IMG/VR virus record: IMGVR_UViG_3300043105_000117
Coordinates: 15,418-79,417 of that record
Reading direction: 5' to 3' (one strand)
Source of the DNA: a virus
Lineage: Duplodnaviria > Caudoviricetes
DNA: 64,000 bases
Shown: positions 27,681-38,595 of the stretch, one piece after another
Numbering within the stretch: the first letter of the stretch is position 1
Layout of the letters: every line of letters starts with the position of its first letter
The notes under the pieces: generated by a model
The model's database searches: none
What the model saw: the letters and a program-made list of their open reading frames with translations, nothing else
Told to the model about the DNA's origin: nothing
Position numbers and translations under genes: made by a program

Positions 27681-30600
27681 ATGGCAGAAGGTACATCATT
27701 AGGTAATCTGTATTTTGAGCTTGGCATACAAGATAATGTTACCAAGCAGATAAATGAAATCAAGAGGAAGGCATTAGAGGCTCTTAGCAGCAATCAGGAG
27801 ATTGTCATCAACTCCGTAAGAATCGGAAGCGGAGCGATGGAAGCTATCAAGGCCTCCATTGCCGAACTTACCAAGACGGAGACAAAGACAATCAGCATCG
27901 AGGCCGCACAGGGAACATTGGAGTCCAGTATCAACAAGATACTCACCAATTACAAAAAGGCTTTCGATGTCGTGCTTCTGGATGAGCACGCTTTTGATAT
28001 CCCGAAGGAGAAATTGCAAGCTATGTCCGATGCGCTTGCAAAGACGCAGCAACTGGCGAAAGCACTCGGAGAGATATCTGCAACACCCGTCACTCCGACG
28101 GGAGGAACCGTTGCGCCCGCGCCGGCCACACCGGTCGCTCCGACACCGACATCGGGAGGCAGCAAGACAATAACCATTACGGGAAAGTTTGACGAATCAC
28201 AGACCATTGCAAATCTGCAAGGCGCGTTGAGCCGAATGAATCTCACTGTAAAGGTCAAAGGAATACTGGATGGGGTCGTAGGTGGCTCTAACATTACAAT
28301 TCCCGTACAGCCAAGCCCGACGGGTGGTGGCGAAGGTGGTGCATCTACCCGCAGAAGAAGTGCAACGACAGAGACGGTAGTCGATAATCAAGCACTATTG
28401 CAAAGCCTCGAACAGCTTAAACGCAAATACAACGAGCTAAAGGAACAGCAGATAGAGTATGCGTCCAAGTTGGAGTCCACAATGAAGGAGAACCGCCAAC
28501 TTTATGCCGAGCAGCAGCAAGCTGTAAACGCTTTGGATGCGTTGAAACGCAAACTTGAAGAACTGGAAGCAGCGGAGAGAAAGCTTAATGAGCAATCAAA
28601 GAGCACAACTCCGATAGACCGAATACGTTCACTGTTTCAGCGTGGTGCACAAGCTCTTTTTTATGATGAGGGCAATAATGGAGCGGATGTAAGGGAGAAA
28701 ATTGCAAGACAGCAAGGTGTGGTTGATTCTTTTGAGGAAAGGCGCAAGAAGCTTAAAGAGGAAGCGCAGAAGTACGAGGATGAAGCGAACCGTATCAGAG
28801 CACAGATAGAAGAGGTAAACAATGAGATAGCCAAAATCATGGCCCAAATGCCACAGACGGGACAGACGGGGCAGACTGAGAAGAAACAGAATGTCGGCAG
28901 AGCATCTAGCAGAATAGATATAGAAGCTAAAGCAGAGCTCGAAGCAATCAAGCTTATCGACCGCATCATTGTATCTCAAAAGCAGTCACTTGCCAAGCAA
29001 GGCAAAGACTACAATGCCGCATTTGACGAGTTCCTCCAGGAACGTGCCAAGCGTGTCGAGAAACTCACCGCAATGCCAAACGGTAAGGAAGCTCTCAGTG
29101 ACTATGAAACGGTTGCTACGGAGGCCAACGTGGTGCGTAACATCAAGCTGTCACAAGAGAAAGCGCAAGCGGAAGTAAAGGCAAATGAAAAGGCGGCTGA
29201 AAGCAACAAGAAAAAGGCCGAGAAAGATGAACGAATCGAGCAGAGAAGAAAGACTTTGCTTGCAAGCATTGCGAAAAGTATCAAGGATGTTCAGCTTGCG
29301 GAAGAAGCTACTCAAAGAAGCCGAGTTCCGGGGCTGGATACCTCACAGTACAGAACCGCAATAGATGAACTCAATGCTCTCCAAAATCTACTTGCAAGCA
29401 CTCAGAACGCTAACTCACTAGCTATACTGTCATCCCGTTTTAGTGAACTGAAAGCGAAGATAGAGGCCGCGAGGAAAGAAATGGAGGCTCTTAACAGCGA
29501 GTCCGTTTCAAAGAATAAAGTCATAACCGATGCCCAGTCTTTGTTGCAGACGCAAACTATTGCAAATGCAGGCAATGCAGTGCTTAAAAACAGCACATCG
29601 GCAGCAATGGCCGAGTTGCAGAACTTCATCAATGGATTCAACTCCAGTTCGCTTAGTGCAGACCAACTCCGTCAGAAACTCGACAGTATAAAGCAAAAAC
29701 TGCGAGAGTCCACAAAGGAGGCAGGAAACGAAACGAAAGAGTTCTACTCTACGGAGGAAGCGGCCACGAAGATAGACGCTGCAATCCTTAGAGTAAAGAA
29801 TGCAATGCGTGCAGTTGACAATTACAAAGGCACACAAGGCAATTACTGGAGAGATGCAAGAGCCAAGCTGGAGGAATATCTGAGGACTCTGAACAATCTG
29901 AAGAGTTCCGGAGTACGTTCCAAGGCCGACATAATGAACGCTACTGGAATCGGTGTGAATACAGCCTTGTATGAGGCCAATCTAAAGCTTGACCAGCAGA
30001 AAAAGATAGATGCGGCGAACAGCAGTACGAACAGAAGTACAACTGCCCACACAAAGGCGGCAACGGCAGTCAGAAAGCATACAGATTCATATCTGAGCCT
30101 TAACGATGTCATGAAGAAGTCGAACTCACTGTTTGGCTTGAATATAAACCTCATGGGGCAGCTTGCCTCACAGATGTCAATGTTCCTTAGCATCTATACA
30201 TTAAAGAGGTTCATATCAGGTATTGCGGAGATTCACGGAGAGTTCCAAAAGACAAAGATTGCGCTCGGCTCTATCCTTAACGATACAGCAAAGGCAAACG
30301 AGCTCTTCCAGCAACTCAAATCCCTCGCAGTTGTATCACCGTATCAGTTCAAGGACTTGACGAGCTTTACCAAGCAGCTCTCTGCATTCAGTTTCCCGAC
30401 TGACGAGCTTTATGATATGACAAAGCGACTCGCGGATGTCAGCGCGGGACTTGGTGTAGATATGGGACGTATCATCCTTGCGGTAGGTCAGGTACGTTCA
30501 GCATCATACCTTAGAGGTCAGGAGCTTCGTCAGTTCACAGAGGCCGGTGTGCCTTTGCTCGATGAGCTTGCAAAGAAATTCACCGAACTCAGAGGCGAGG

Positions 30601-33600
30601 TGGTTGATACAGGACAGGTGTTCGATAAAATCTCCAAGCGAGAAGTTCCTTATGAGATGGTGCGCGATATCATGTATGACCTTACCAACGAGGGAGGAAA
30701 GTTCTACAAGATGCAGGAGGAACTTGCAGGTACACTTGCAGGTAAAATCTCCAACTTGACGGATGCCTACAACATCATGCAGGATGAGATTGGTAAGATG
30801 GGTATGGGTAACTTCATGGGAGGCGCGGTTGATGCGACAAAGAAACTCATGCTTAACTGGAAGGAAATTTCAGTACTTATTGCGTCCGTTATTGCAGCAT
30901 TTGCGGCCAGGAAAGCATACACACTCATTCCCGACACTCTAATGGGCTCAAACGGAGTGAGAAGCATTAATAATGCAGTAACAGCGACAAACAAGCTGAA
31001 CTTGGCGAGAATCCGCGAAAAGTCGTATCTGACGCAACTGGACGCTGCGGAGAAACGTTCATTGCGCACAAAGAACGCGCTTACATGGACCAATATCCGA
31101 GAACTTGCCGCAAATAAGAAAATGTCTACCGCTGACGTTGTAAGGCTCAATCTTATGGGCAAACTCACAAAAGGTCAATATATATACGCGCTGGCATTGT
31201 CGGGATTAAGCGCACAGGAGGCCAGACATATTGCAAACATGAGCAAAATGAGCCAGGCTTGGGCATTGTTTAAAGCAAGAGTGGCCGATGGTGTTGCAGC
31301 TCTCAAAGACTTCGCGACATCGCTCATATCTCCGCAGATGGCAATCATGGCAATTGTCGCTGTGCTTACAAAGGTATTTGCAACTATGGCCCAAAAGAGA
31401 GAGCAGATGCGAGAACTACTTAGTGATGCGCAGACAAAGGCAAACGAGGCTTATAATGGTATCAGAGAGACATTGGGAAGCATAGGTAGTGAGGCTGGCG
31501 GTGTAAGGCTTGAAGAAATGCTCACTCTCGATGAGAGCAAGATGTCCAAGGAGATGAAAGGCAAGGTTCTGAAAGCGATAGATGATATGAAAGAACTACT
31601 TAAAAAGTACTCTCCTATCGCTGCGGACCAGATATTCGATATAGAGTCATTCTCCAATCTTAATGATAAGCTCAAAAAGGCCTACGAATATGTGCAGAAA
31701 CTGCAAGATGCGAGTGGTGATAATGTGAAGATTGCTGAGACAATCGGAGACCTTGACAGACAGAATAAATTCTTCCAAAAGGCCAACGACAGAATGAAAA
31801 CTTTCAGAAACACGCTAAAATCTGCCAAGTCCAGCGAACTTCCGGAAACTTTTGACAAGATAGAAGCGATGTTCCCGAACTTTAAGACACAGCTTGATGA
31901 ACTTCGGCAAATGCACAAGGAAGGTGCTTCATTGGAACAGATATTCACCAAACTCGGAGAACTTAGCGTCCGTGCCAATAAGCAGGGACGTGGAGCAATG
32001 TTCTATGGGGCGGTCGGAGACTTTGAAAAAGGACTCCGTTCGTATGCGACTGCACAAACGTACATAAAAAATGCAGTTGCTAAAGTCGAGCAGACTACAA
32101 CAAACTTGAAGGAAAGCTTTAAATTCAGGCAGATTGGTGTAAGTCAGAGCCTCAAAGATAGTCTCGCTGCCGAACTAAAGAAGAACAAAATTAAGGTTGG
32201 GGTTGAAGCAGTTCTGAACATAGGAAATGAAGAAGAACTGAAACAGAAACTTAAACTGGATGATAGTTCTCCAATTGTTAAGTATTACAAGGAAGCGTCG
32301 CAGCAGCGTCAGAAATACGAACTGGAGGCCGAGTTTGCTTGGCAAAACATTTCCAATCAGCTTACTAACCTTAACGACCCAACAATGAAGTCGCAAGCTC
32401 GTGCACGCTTTGAGATGATGATGTTCGGATTTTCTAAGGAACAAGCCAGACTTATCATTGACGACTATCTGAAAACGCTGACTCCCGAACAGCAGTTGGC
32501 AATAGATGTCGATGATGACAAGACAAAATCAAGCATCAGGGACTGGGTGAAGAAATACATAAAGAACACCAAGGCTGAACTCGCAGGAGGTTACAAGGAT
32601 GAGTTTGATGATGAGTTCTTCAAGCAGTTTCAGATGAAACTCCCGAAACCCGATATTACAGGGTGGCGAAAGGATATCGTTGACGCGGTTAAGGACGTTG
32701 TGTCAACGTTTAAGTCCACCGATGATGTGTATATCAAAATCAAGGAATCCAAATCTGTCGATGAGGTTGTGGATGACTTGCAGAAGATATACAAAGCTGC
32801 CAAGGATGTCGAGAAGGATATGAAGCCTGTACTTATCAAGTTCGGTCTTGATGCGTCCGATATCTCCAAGTATTTTGATGAGGAAGGAAACATTAAGCCC
32901 GGAAGTTTCTCTATTAAAGCACCATACAGACCGGAGGAATACGAAGAAGTATTGGGAACTGCATGGAGTAACATGTGGAAGCCTAAAACAACTGCGGAGG
33001 CCGCACTGAATTACTTGGGCGCACCGCTTTCAAATAGCAAGGACAGCAGTTCGAGCCATGCGGACAAACAGTTACAGGAATGGAGGAAGCAATTTGAGGC
33101 CCTTAAAAAGATTTACTCCGATTACGCTAAGTGGAGTAAAGAACTGGGGCGAAATGAGGCTTTAAGGTACATCCAGGAATCCGGAATGCAAAGCGAGGAT
33201 ATCGGTGATATATCCAAGTTCGACCCCGCCAAACGTCAGCAGTACTTCAATAATCTATTCAGCCGAATCAGTAAGTTTAAGATGAATACGGACGACCGCA
33301 AGGCATTCGAGAACTCACTGAAGGAATTTAAGGTTGAACTCGATATTGAGATAGACAAGGACAACTTGCAGAAGGAACTGGATAAGGTTAAACAGCAGAT
33401 TGACAAGGCCGCAAATCAATGGGATATCTTCAAGGAGTGGTTTGATACCACCGGCGACAGGGGACTTGCCATGAACGTGGCATTTGGCAATATTGTCGAG
33501 GATGAGGATTTCGTTGAATCGCTGAAATCGCAGCTCCAGCAATCTCTTGAAGAACAAGGACTGGAGTTTACGGTCGATGCAGTGATAGCAATGGAAGGTG

Positions 33601-35888
33601 AGGCTACCGTCAAGGACAAACTCAATCTGCCCGACAATTCTCCTATACTCGAATATTACAAGAAGATAATATCCGAGCAGGATAAACTGAAAAAGGAGAA
33701 TGCAAAGACTCTGCTTGATATCATCAAGAATAACAAGAACTTCGAGCAACAACTTGCAGATGTCGAGAGACAACGCGAAAAGGATTTGAAATCAATTCAA
33801 AGCGAGTCAAATCTTTCCGGAGAAGAAAGACAACAATACACCGAGGGTACTAACAAGAAATACGATGAACAGCGTTCAAAGATTCTCTTGGAGCAGTTTA
33901 AGGCAACAAACAACTGGGCCGCGGTGTTTGATGACCTCGACAGAGTATCAAGCAAGACTTTGGATAGCATGTATGCAAAGATTGCGGATTTCGCAAAGGG
34001 AGCAACGCTCGGCATAACGGAGACTAAAGACCTTATATCTGCAATGCGCAAGTTACGCGAGGAATCACTTACGCGCAATCCGTTCAAGACTTTGTTCTCT
34101 GCGTTCAGCTCATTGTACTCAGGCTCATCGGACCGCAACTATTTGAGAAACATCCTCAAAGGAATGGGCGAATACGACAAGATAACAATGGGTAGAAGCA
34201 TCGGAACATTAAAGGCCGGCCAGAGTTATACAAGAGAACAGATACAGCAGGAATTTAACGATACCGACCGCGCAGCGACATCAGACCTTGATAAATCTAT
34301 AACGGAGATTATCAACGAGTTCAACGCGCTTGCATCCGCTGCCGACATGCTTAGCAAGATGTTTGAAGCGATGGGTACGGGAGATGGATTCTCCGATGCA
34401 GTCAGTGTGGTGCAAAGTTCACTCAGTGGTGCATCACAGATGCAAGGTATTACATCTGCCTTGGGTATTGCAGGGCCCTGGGGCGCGGTAGCCGGAGCGG
34501 GCATAGGTATGGTGACTTCATTATTTGAGCTTGGCGACAAGGCCATTCAGGAGGCAATCGAGGATAGTAAACAGCGACTCTCGGAATTGCAGTCTGCATA
34601 CGACAATCTTAACCGTTCTATGGAGAGATTCAACGGCAACTCTTCAAAGTCTATTGAACGTGCCATTACTTCATATAATCAGTTACTTCGTCAGGTAGAC
34701 TCAATGGGTGGTAAACTCACTGACAGCTACAAGAAACAGTACGAGGTACTGATAAACGGCTTTGATAACTATGCGGCAGTGTTCGGAGCAAAGGCCGACT
34801 TGGAGGATGATGCCGTCGGAATCTTGCAGAACTACGGATATCAGCTTGGAGAACTGACAGACGAGTCAAGGGAACTCGATGAGGAACTGCAATCCATCGG
34901 AGTGACCTCCAAATTGCTGAACGGCATAACATGGAAGGTTCAGATAGACGACGAGGCTCGTGATGCCTTAAAGACTATCCAAAACGGTGGAACGGTCCAG
35001 TCTAAATCCGGTCAGCTTTATCTGTCACAGTACGCAAGTCTTGTGGCGCAGAGGGCTGAGGTTGAGGAACAATTGCAATGGGAAGCTTCAAGAGGAAAGA
35101 AGAAAGACCAGGACAAGATTGATGAGTATGCGGACCAGCTTGCAGAACTTAATGATGAGATTACCAATTTCATCATGGACCTTGCAGACGAACTGTATGG
35201 AATCAATTTCGAGGACTGGGCAGGCCAGCTTTCTGATAGTCTTGTGACGGCTTTCCGCAACGGAGAAAACGCTGCGGAGGCCTTTAAGGAAACCACCAAT
35301 GACATACTTTCCGACATCGCAAACAATATGGTTAAGTATAATATCATACAGCCTATGTTTGACGAACTCGAAGAGTTGCTGTTCGGAACGGTCGATGCAA
35401 GCGGAAACAGAACCGGAGGCGCGGCCACAATGCAGGCTTTGTTTGATGCTCCCGAAACGGTCGCACAGACAATATCCGAGTGGTTTAATTCCAAAGGAAG
35501 CGATATGATTGATGAAGTGAATGCTTTCCTTAAAGTGTTCAACGATGCGACCGGAAACTCGCTTACGGACAACACGACCAATAAGTCGGGACTTTCTGCC
35601 AGCATCACCGGAATCACTGAGGAAACTGCCGACTTGCTTGCATCATATCTGAATGCAATGAGGGCCGATTTGAGTGCTTTAAGAAGCATGGCATCTGACT
35701 ATTATATGAAAACAATGCCAGATGTATCGGAAACGCTTGGCAACCAATTGGCGACATTGAAGTTGATAGAGACCAACACTCTCAAAACGGCCAACAATAC
35801 AGCCGATATCGCGAAGATTGCCGATGACACGTATACATTACTCAAAAAGGCAACCACGAGCGGTAGTGGTGTCAAACTTAACTTATAA
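27681..35888 (+). CDS. tape measure protein
   Basis: 2735 aa, helical; core SPYQFKDL...KRLADVSAGLG...GQELRQFTEAGVP. Confidence 0.92.
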   Translation: MAEGTSLGNLYFELGIQDNVTKQINEIKRKALEALSSNQEIVINSVRIGSGAMEAIKASIAELTKTETKTISIEAAQGTLESSINKILTNYKKAFDVVLLDEHAFDIPKEKLQAMSDALAKTQQLAKALGEISATPVTPTGGTVAPAPATPVAPTPTSGGSKTITITGKFDESQTIANLQGALSRMNLTVKVKGILDGVVGGSNITIPVQPSPTGGGEGGASTRRRSATTETVVDNQALLQSLEQLKRKYNELKEQQIEYASKLESTMKENRQLYAEQQQAVNALDALKRKLEELEAAERKLNEQSKSTTPIDRIRSLFQRGAQALFYDEGNNGADVREKIARQQGVVDSFEERRKKLKEEAQKYEDEANRIRAQIEEVNNEIAKIMAQMPQTGQTGQTEKKQNVGRASSRIDIEAKAELEAIKLIDRIIVSQKQSLAKQGKDYNAAFDEFLQERAKRVEKLTAMPNGKEALSDYETVATEANVVRNIKLSQEKAQAEVKANEKAAESNKKKAEKDERIEQRRKTLLASIAKSIKDVQLAEEATQRSRVPGLDTSQYRTAIDELNALQNLLASTQNANSLAILSSRFSELKAKIEAARKEMEALNSESVSKNKVITDAQSLLQTQTIANAGNAVLKNSTSAAMAELQNFINGFNSSSLSADQLRQKLDSIKQKLRESTKEAGNETKEFYSTEEAATKIDAAILRVKNAMRAVDNYKGTQGNYWRDARAKLEEYLRTLNNLKSSGVRSKADIMNATGIGVNTALYEANLKLDQQKKIDAANSSTNRSTTAHTKAATAVRKHTDSYLSLNDVMKKSNSLFGLNINLMGQLASQMSMFLSIYTLKRFISGIAEIHGEFQKTKIALGSILNDTAKANELFQQLKSLAVVSPYQFKDLTSFTKQLSAFSFPTDELYDMTKRLADVSAGLGVDMGRIILAVGQVRSASYLRGQELRQFTEAGVPLLDELAKKFTELRGEVVDTGQVFDKISKREVPYEMVRDIMYDLTNEGGKFYKMQEELAGTLAGKISNLTDAYNIMQDEIGKMGMGNFMGGAVDATKKLMLNWKEISVLIASVIAAFAARKAYTLIPDTLMGSNGVRSINNAVTATNKLNLARIREKSYLTQLDAAEKRSLRTKNALTWTNIRELAANKKMSTADVVRLNLMGKLTKGQYIYALALSGLSAQEARHIANMSKMSQAWALFKARVADGVAALKDFATSLISPQMAIMAIVAVLTKVFATMAQKREQMRELLSDAQTKANEAYNGIRETLGSIGSEAGGVRLEEMLTLDESKMSKEMKGKVLKAIDDMKELLKKYSPIAADQIFDIESFSNLNDKLKKAYEYVQKLQDASGDNVKIAETIGDLDRQNKFFQKANDRMKTFRNTLKSAKSSELPETFDKIEAMFPNFKTQLDELRQMHKEGASLEQIFTKLGELSVRANKQGRGAMFYGAVGDFEKGLRSYATAQTYIKNAVAKVEQTTTNLKESFKFRQIGVSQSLKDSLAAELKKNKIKVGVEAVLNIGNEEELKQKLKLDDSSPIVKYYKEASQQRQKYELEAEFAWQNISNQLTNLNDPTMKSQARARFEMMMFGFSKEQARLIIDDYLKTLTPEQQLAIDVDDDKTKSSIRDWVKKYIKNTKAELAGGYKDEFDDEFFKQFQMKLPKPDITGWRKDIVDAVKDVVSTFKSTDDVYIKIKESKSVDEVVDDLQKIYKAAKDVEKDMKPVLIKFGLDASDISKYFDEEGNIKPGSFSIKAPYRPEEYEEVLGTAWSNMWKPKTTAEAALNYLGAPLSNSKDSSSSHADKQLQEWRKQFEALKKIYSDYAKWSKELGRNEALRYIQESGMQSEDIGDISKFDPAKRQQYFNNLFSRISKFKMNTDDRKAFENSLKEFKVELDIEIDKDNLQKELDKVKQQIDKAANQWDIFKEWFDTTGDRGLAMNVAFGNIVEDEDFVESLKSQLQQSLEEQGLEFTVDAVIAMEGEATVKDKLNLPDNSPILEYYKKIISEQDKLKKENAKTLLDIIKNNKNFEQQLADVERQREKDLKSIQSESNLSGEERQQYTEGTNKKYDEQRSKILLEQFKATNNWAAVFDDLDRVSSKTLDSMYAKIADFAKGATLGITETKDLISAMRKLREESLTRNPFKTLFSAFSSLYSGSSDRNYLRNILKGMGEYDKITMGRSIGTLKAGQSYTREQIQQEFNDTDRAATSDLDKSITEIINEFNALASAADMLSKMFEAMGTGDGFSDAVSVVQSSLSGASQMQGITSALGIAGPWGAVAGAGIGMVTSLFELGDKAIQEAIEDSKQRLSELQSAYDNLNRSMERFNGNSSKSIERAITSYNQLLRQVDSMGGKLTDSYKKQYEVLINGFDNYAAVFGAKADLEDDAVGILQNYGYQLGELTDESRELDEELQSIGVTSKLLNGITWKVQIDDEARDALKTIQNGGTVQSKSGQLYLSQYASLVAQRAEVEEQLQWEASRGKKKDQDKIDEYADQLAELNDEITNFIMDLADELYGINFEDWAGQLSDSLVTAFRNGENAAEAFKETTNDILSDIANNMVKYNIIQPMFDELEELLFGTVDASGNRTGGAATMQALFDAPETVAQTISEWFNSKGSDMIDEVNAFLKVFNDATGNSLTDNTTNKSGLSASITGITEETADLLASYLNAMRADLSALRSMASDYYMKTMPDVSETLGNQLATLKLIETNTLKTANNTADIAKIADDTYTLLKKATTSGSGVKLNL

Positions 35889-35892
35889 CGTA

Positions 35893-36390
35893 ATGGATGA
35901 ATTAAACAGAGAATTAAGAGCAAAAGCAGTTGAGTTGAACATGTGCCAAAGGGTCGGTGGCACATGGCTCAACAAAAAGAGCAAGGACGACCTTTGCGAA
36001 CTGTATAAGTCACAATTGTATTTCTGCATAGACAATGACTATCCGAGTGTCGGTTACATGAAGGAGCACTTCAATGGTGTAATGCAGAAACATGGGATAT
36101 TTGCCAATGACGTGGCAAAGGTAAGAGCAAAGGATGTTTTGGTTTTCAATGGGGAAACCGTAGCATACGTGGAAGGAAGGGATTATGATGTATGCACGAT
36201 GTTCATACGTCACGATTCAAGGGTGGTTATCCATGCCAGCGGTAATGCCAAACTTTTCGTGAGAGTCTACGACAATTCGAGAGTGAGCATTACGCAAAAG
36301 GATAACGCTTTCGTGAGTGTGATTCTTATGGGAGGTAAAATCGCGTCCATAAAAGGAGACGTGAAGATAAAAAGAGAGGTTAAAGCCTAA
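35893..36390 (+). CDS. post-TMP protein with beta-helix-like tail
   Basis: ELRAKAVELNMC...; repeated V.AYDNS-type strands. Confidence 0.6.
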   Translation: MDELNRELRAKAVELNMCQRVGGTWLNKKSKDDLCELYKSQLYFCIDNDYPSVGYMKEHFNGVMQKHGIFANDVAKVRAKDVLVFNGETVAYVEGRDYDVCTMFIRHDSRVVIHASGNAKLFVRVYDNSRVSITQKDNAFVSVILMGGKIASIKGDVKIKREVKA

Positions 36391-36406
36391 GTTCTGATAT
36401 TGCTTG

Positions 36407-36446
36407 AAGGCCCACTCGATAATCAGTCGGGTGAGCCTTTTTTGTT
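36407..36446 (+). terminator. terminator ending the late operon
   Basis: AAGGCCCACTCGA/TCGGGTGAGCCTT plus TTTTTGTTT. Confidence 0.7.
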
Positions 36447-36946
36447 TACTCCATAGATACGACTTTTATATTGTCATCGTATTCAAGGAAGTGGCACATG
36501 CCTTTAGCATACTCGCCATTCTCACAAAGTATGTAGAATTGGTTAGGCATGATGCGGTGTACATCTCTCGGATATGGCAGCATTGCATTGAAACTCTTGT
36601 ACTGCTGAACAAGATACTGTCTTGCGTCCGCGCCACTCTCAAAAAGCAGATGTTTTTCCTTTTTGTTCTCGGAACTTTCCTCGGTGTATCTCCATTTGAA
36701 ATCCGGATTGAATCTGACTTTCCACCCGAATAACTCGCCAAGAGTATCATGGACCTCGACATCTATTCCCTCGTCTTTCAGTATGTCGATGTAATGTTTT
36801 GCCTCATCAGTCGGAATCTTGCAGATTTTACGCTCCTTGACGTAAACATCATCAATCAGAGCCAATCCGCAGACCTTTGATACAATTTCTGCGTCAGCTT
36901 CTTCCGCTATAAGGAAGTTATAATCATCTCTTAAAGTTACTTTCAT
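36446..36946 (-). CDS. hypothetical protein
   Basis: Last ORF of the minus-strand array. Confidence 0.6.
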   Translation of the reverse strand: MKVTLRDDYNFLIAEEADAEIVSKVCGLALIDDVYVKERKICKIPTDEAKHYIDILKDEGIDVEVHDTLGELFGWKVRFNPDFKWRYTEESSENKKEKHLLFESGADARQYLVQQYKSFNAMLPYPRDVHRIMPNQFYILCENGEYAKGMCHFLEYDDNIKVVSME

Positions 36947-36973
36947 AAGAATCAAAAATAATTATTCAATAAG

Positions 36974-37288
36974 TTAATCTTCGCACTTCTTTATCAGAAC
37001 CGATTGGTTCTGTCCTGCTTCCACTATGTGATAAGCTCCCTTGGGTGTGAGCTTTTTGGTAAGCAGCCGACCTGAGTATATTATGTCCGGCATAACGTTG
37101 TCTGTTCTCCACTCAAGTTCCCATCTGCCAATTCTTAGAATGGTTTTTGTTCCATTCGCACCGGAATGTTCGATAATGTCATGGACTCCATACAGTCTAT
37201 TCTCTGTCAGGACCCTATTTTTAAGAGCCAGAACATCATTATTACTTTTGCACAACCCATAAGCTGCGCGGTATTCTTCCTGCGTCAT
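36974..37288 (-). CDS. hypothetical protein
   Basis: ORF. Confidence 0.6.
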   Translation of the reverse strand: MTQEEYRAAYGLCKSNNDVLALKNRVLTENRLYGVHDIIEHSGANGTKTILRIGRWELEWRTDNVMPDIIYSGRLLTKKLTPKGAYHIVEAGQNQSVLIKKCED

Positions 37289-37307
37289 ACATAATCGGTT
37301 TAAATGA

Positions 37308-37541
37308 TTAATACTCTATTGCCTCGTCAAGACTACTTATCGCTTCGTCTATGCTGTCTACGGCAGACTGCAATTGCTCGATGATTTCTTCCATCCTGTC
37401 GCCGCGCTCACTGTATTGGATAGATTCAGGAAGATTGTCGTAGCATTCCTGCTCCGTATCTATAAGCATATCTATCTCGTCTCTGATTACTTCAAGCTGT
37501 GAGCATAGTTTCTCAATCTGTTTTCTTCTTTGTGCATTCAT
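37308..37541 (-). CDS. small acidic helical protein
   Basis: MNAQRRKQI...EQECYDNLPESIQYSERG, a common phage family pattern. Confidence 0.7.
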   Translation of the reverse strand: MNAQRRKQIEKLCSQLEVIRDEIDMLIDTEQECYDNLPESIQYSERGDRMEEIIEQLQSAVDSIDEAISSLDEAIEY

Positions 37542-37561
37542 TGTTACAAAATTTTAGTGTG

Positions 37562-37795
37562 TTAAATATCTAGTACAAAAGTTCTCAAACAACCTTCATA
37601 TACGTTCTTAATCTCTTTAAGACATGACAGCTTCATGGCCTCATTCTCTGCATCGAGTGAATCCTCTCCTGATTCCTGTATCTTATGTTCTAAGTTTGAG
37701 ACTTCATCCATGAACTCATCAAAAGCCTTTGTGAACTTGTGGTCGTAAAGGAATACGCTGTTGTCCCATTCCGGATTTCTACTTTGTTTTTTCAT
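37562..37795 (-). CDS. small acidic protein
   Basis: ORF. Confidence 0.6.
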   Translation of the reverse strand: MKKQSRNPEWDNSVFLYDHKFTKAFDEFMDEVSNLEHKIQESGEDSLDAENEAMKLSCLKEIKNVYEGCLRTFVLDI

Positions 37796-37828
37796 TGCCC
37801 TGCGTCAGTTTTACGTGTGCCTCACGTT

Positions 37829-38224
37829 TTAAATGTATTTCTTTATAGTTTCTCTTGCCCAATCAATAACTTCCAGTTTTGACGGATTTCTGACGAACTC
37901 AACGATTTTCAGTTCCTCTGTCGAGTTGTCTATAATGTCAGCTTCATAGAAGTATTTCACATCCTGCAATCTATTTTTCTTGGTGTAGGTGAACGCTTCA
38001 TTCTCTGTACTGAACAGTTTGACGTCATCACCACCGGTATCAACCCCAACAGATATGCGGTACTCGTAGTCTGGCTTTTCCTCAATGCCTGTCTCCAAAT
38101 ATTCATAGAAAATGGATTCTTGCAGTTCCTCGCGTTTTTGCGATGCGCTCTCATGCGACTTGAATACGAAAGAGGCAATCTTGTTTTTCCTCTTGTCGAT
38201 AGCAAATAATGTGTATAGTTTCAT
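37829..38224 (-). CDS. hypothetical protein
   Basis: ORF preceded by GUGAUA hairpin at 38248-75. Confidence 0.65.
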   Translation of the reverse strand: MKLYTLFAIDKRKNKIASFVFKSHESASQKREELQESIFYEYLETGIEEKPDYEYRISVGVDTGGDDVKLFSTENEAFTYTKKNRLQDVKYFYEADIIDNSTEELKIVEFVRNPSKLEVIDWARETIKKYI

Positions 38225-38280
38225 ATCAAAAAAAAATAATATTTGTACTGCGGAAGGCTATCACACCAACCGCAGCTTTG

Positions 38281-38595
38281 TTAATCACTAATATCAAAGA
38301 ATATGAGGTAATCTCCAAGATTACTCAAAATATCTTTTATTCCCTCTATGCCGAACTCACACCACATCATAAAGAAAGCCATCGGCAAGAGTATCAAAAG
38401 TCCCGCAACGAGCCCCAAAATGCCTCTATAATGAAATATCGTCTTTCCTCTCGATACAAAACGGCATATGCTCATCGGAATAAGATACATAAGGAAGATG
38501 TAAAACACCCACCAGCCAAACATACAGAACTCAATAATGAGATCTAGTAACACCCATAAAAATACTACCATAATCTTAACTATTAATCCAATCAT
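38281..38595 (-). CDS. multi-TM membrane protein
   Basis: Three hydrophobic segments; overlaps recombinase 3' end. Confidence 0.5.
   Translation of the reverse strand: MIGLIVKIMVVFLWVLLDLIIEFCMFGWWVFYIFLMYLIPMSICRFVSRGKTIFHYRGILGLVAGLLILLPMAFFMMWCEFGIEGIKDILSNLGDYLIFFDISD

Noticed and set aside
27774-35689. Many antisense or alternate-frame ORFs over the TMP and other genes
   Set aside because: Shadow ORFs with no motifs or leaders, unlike 62001..62798, which has a coherent nuclease signature.
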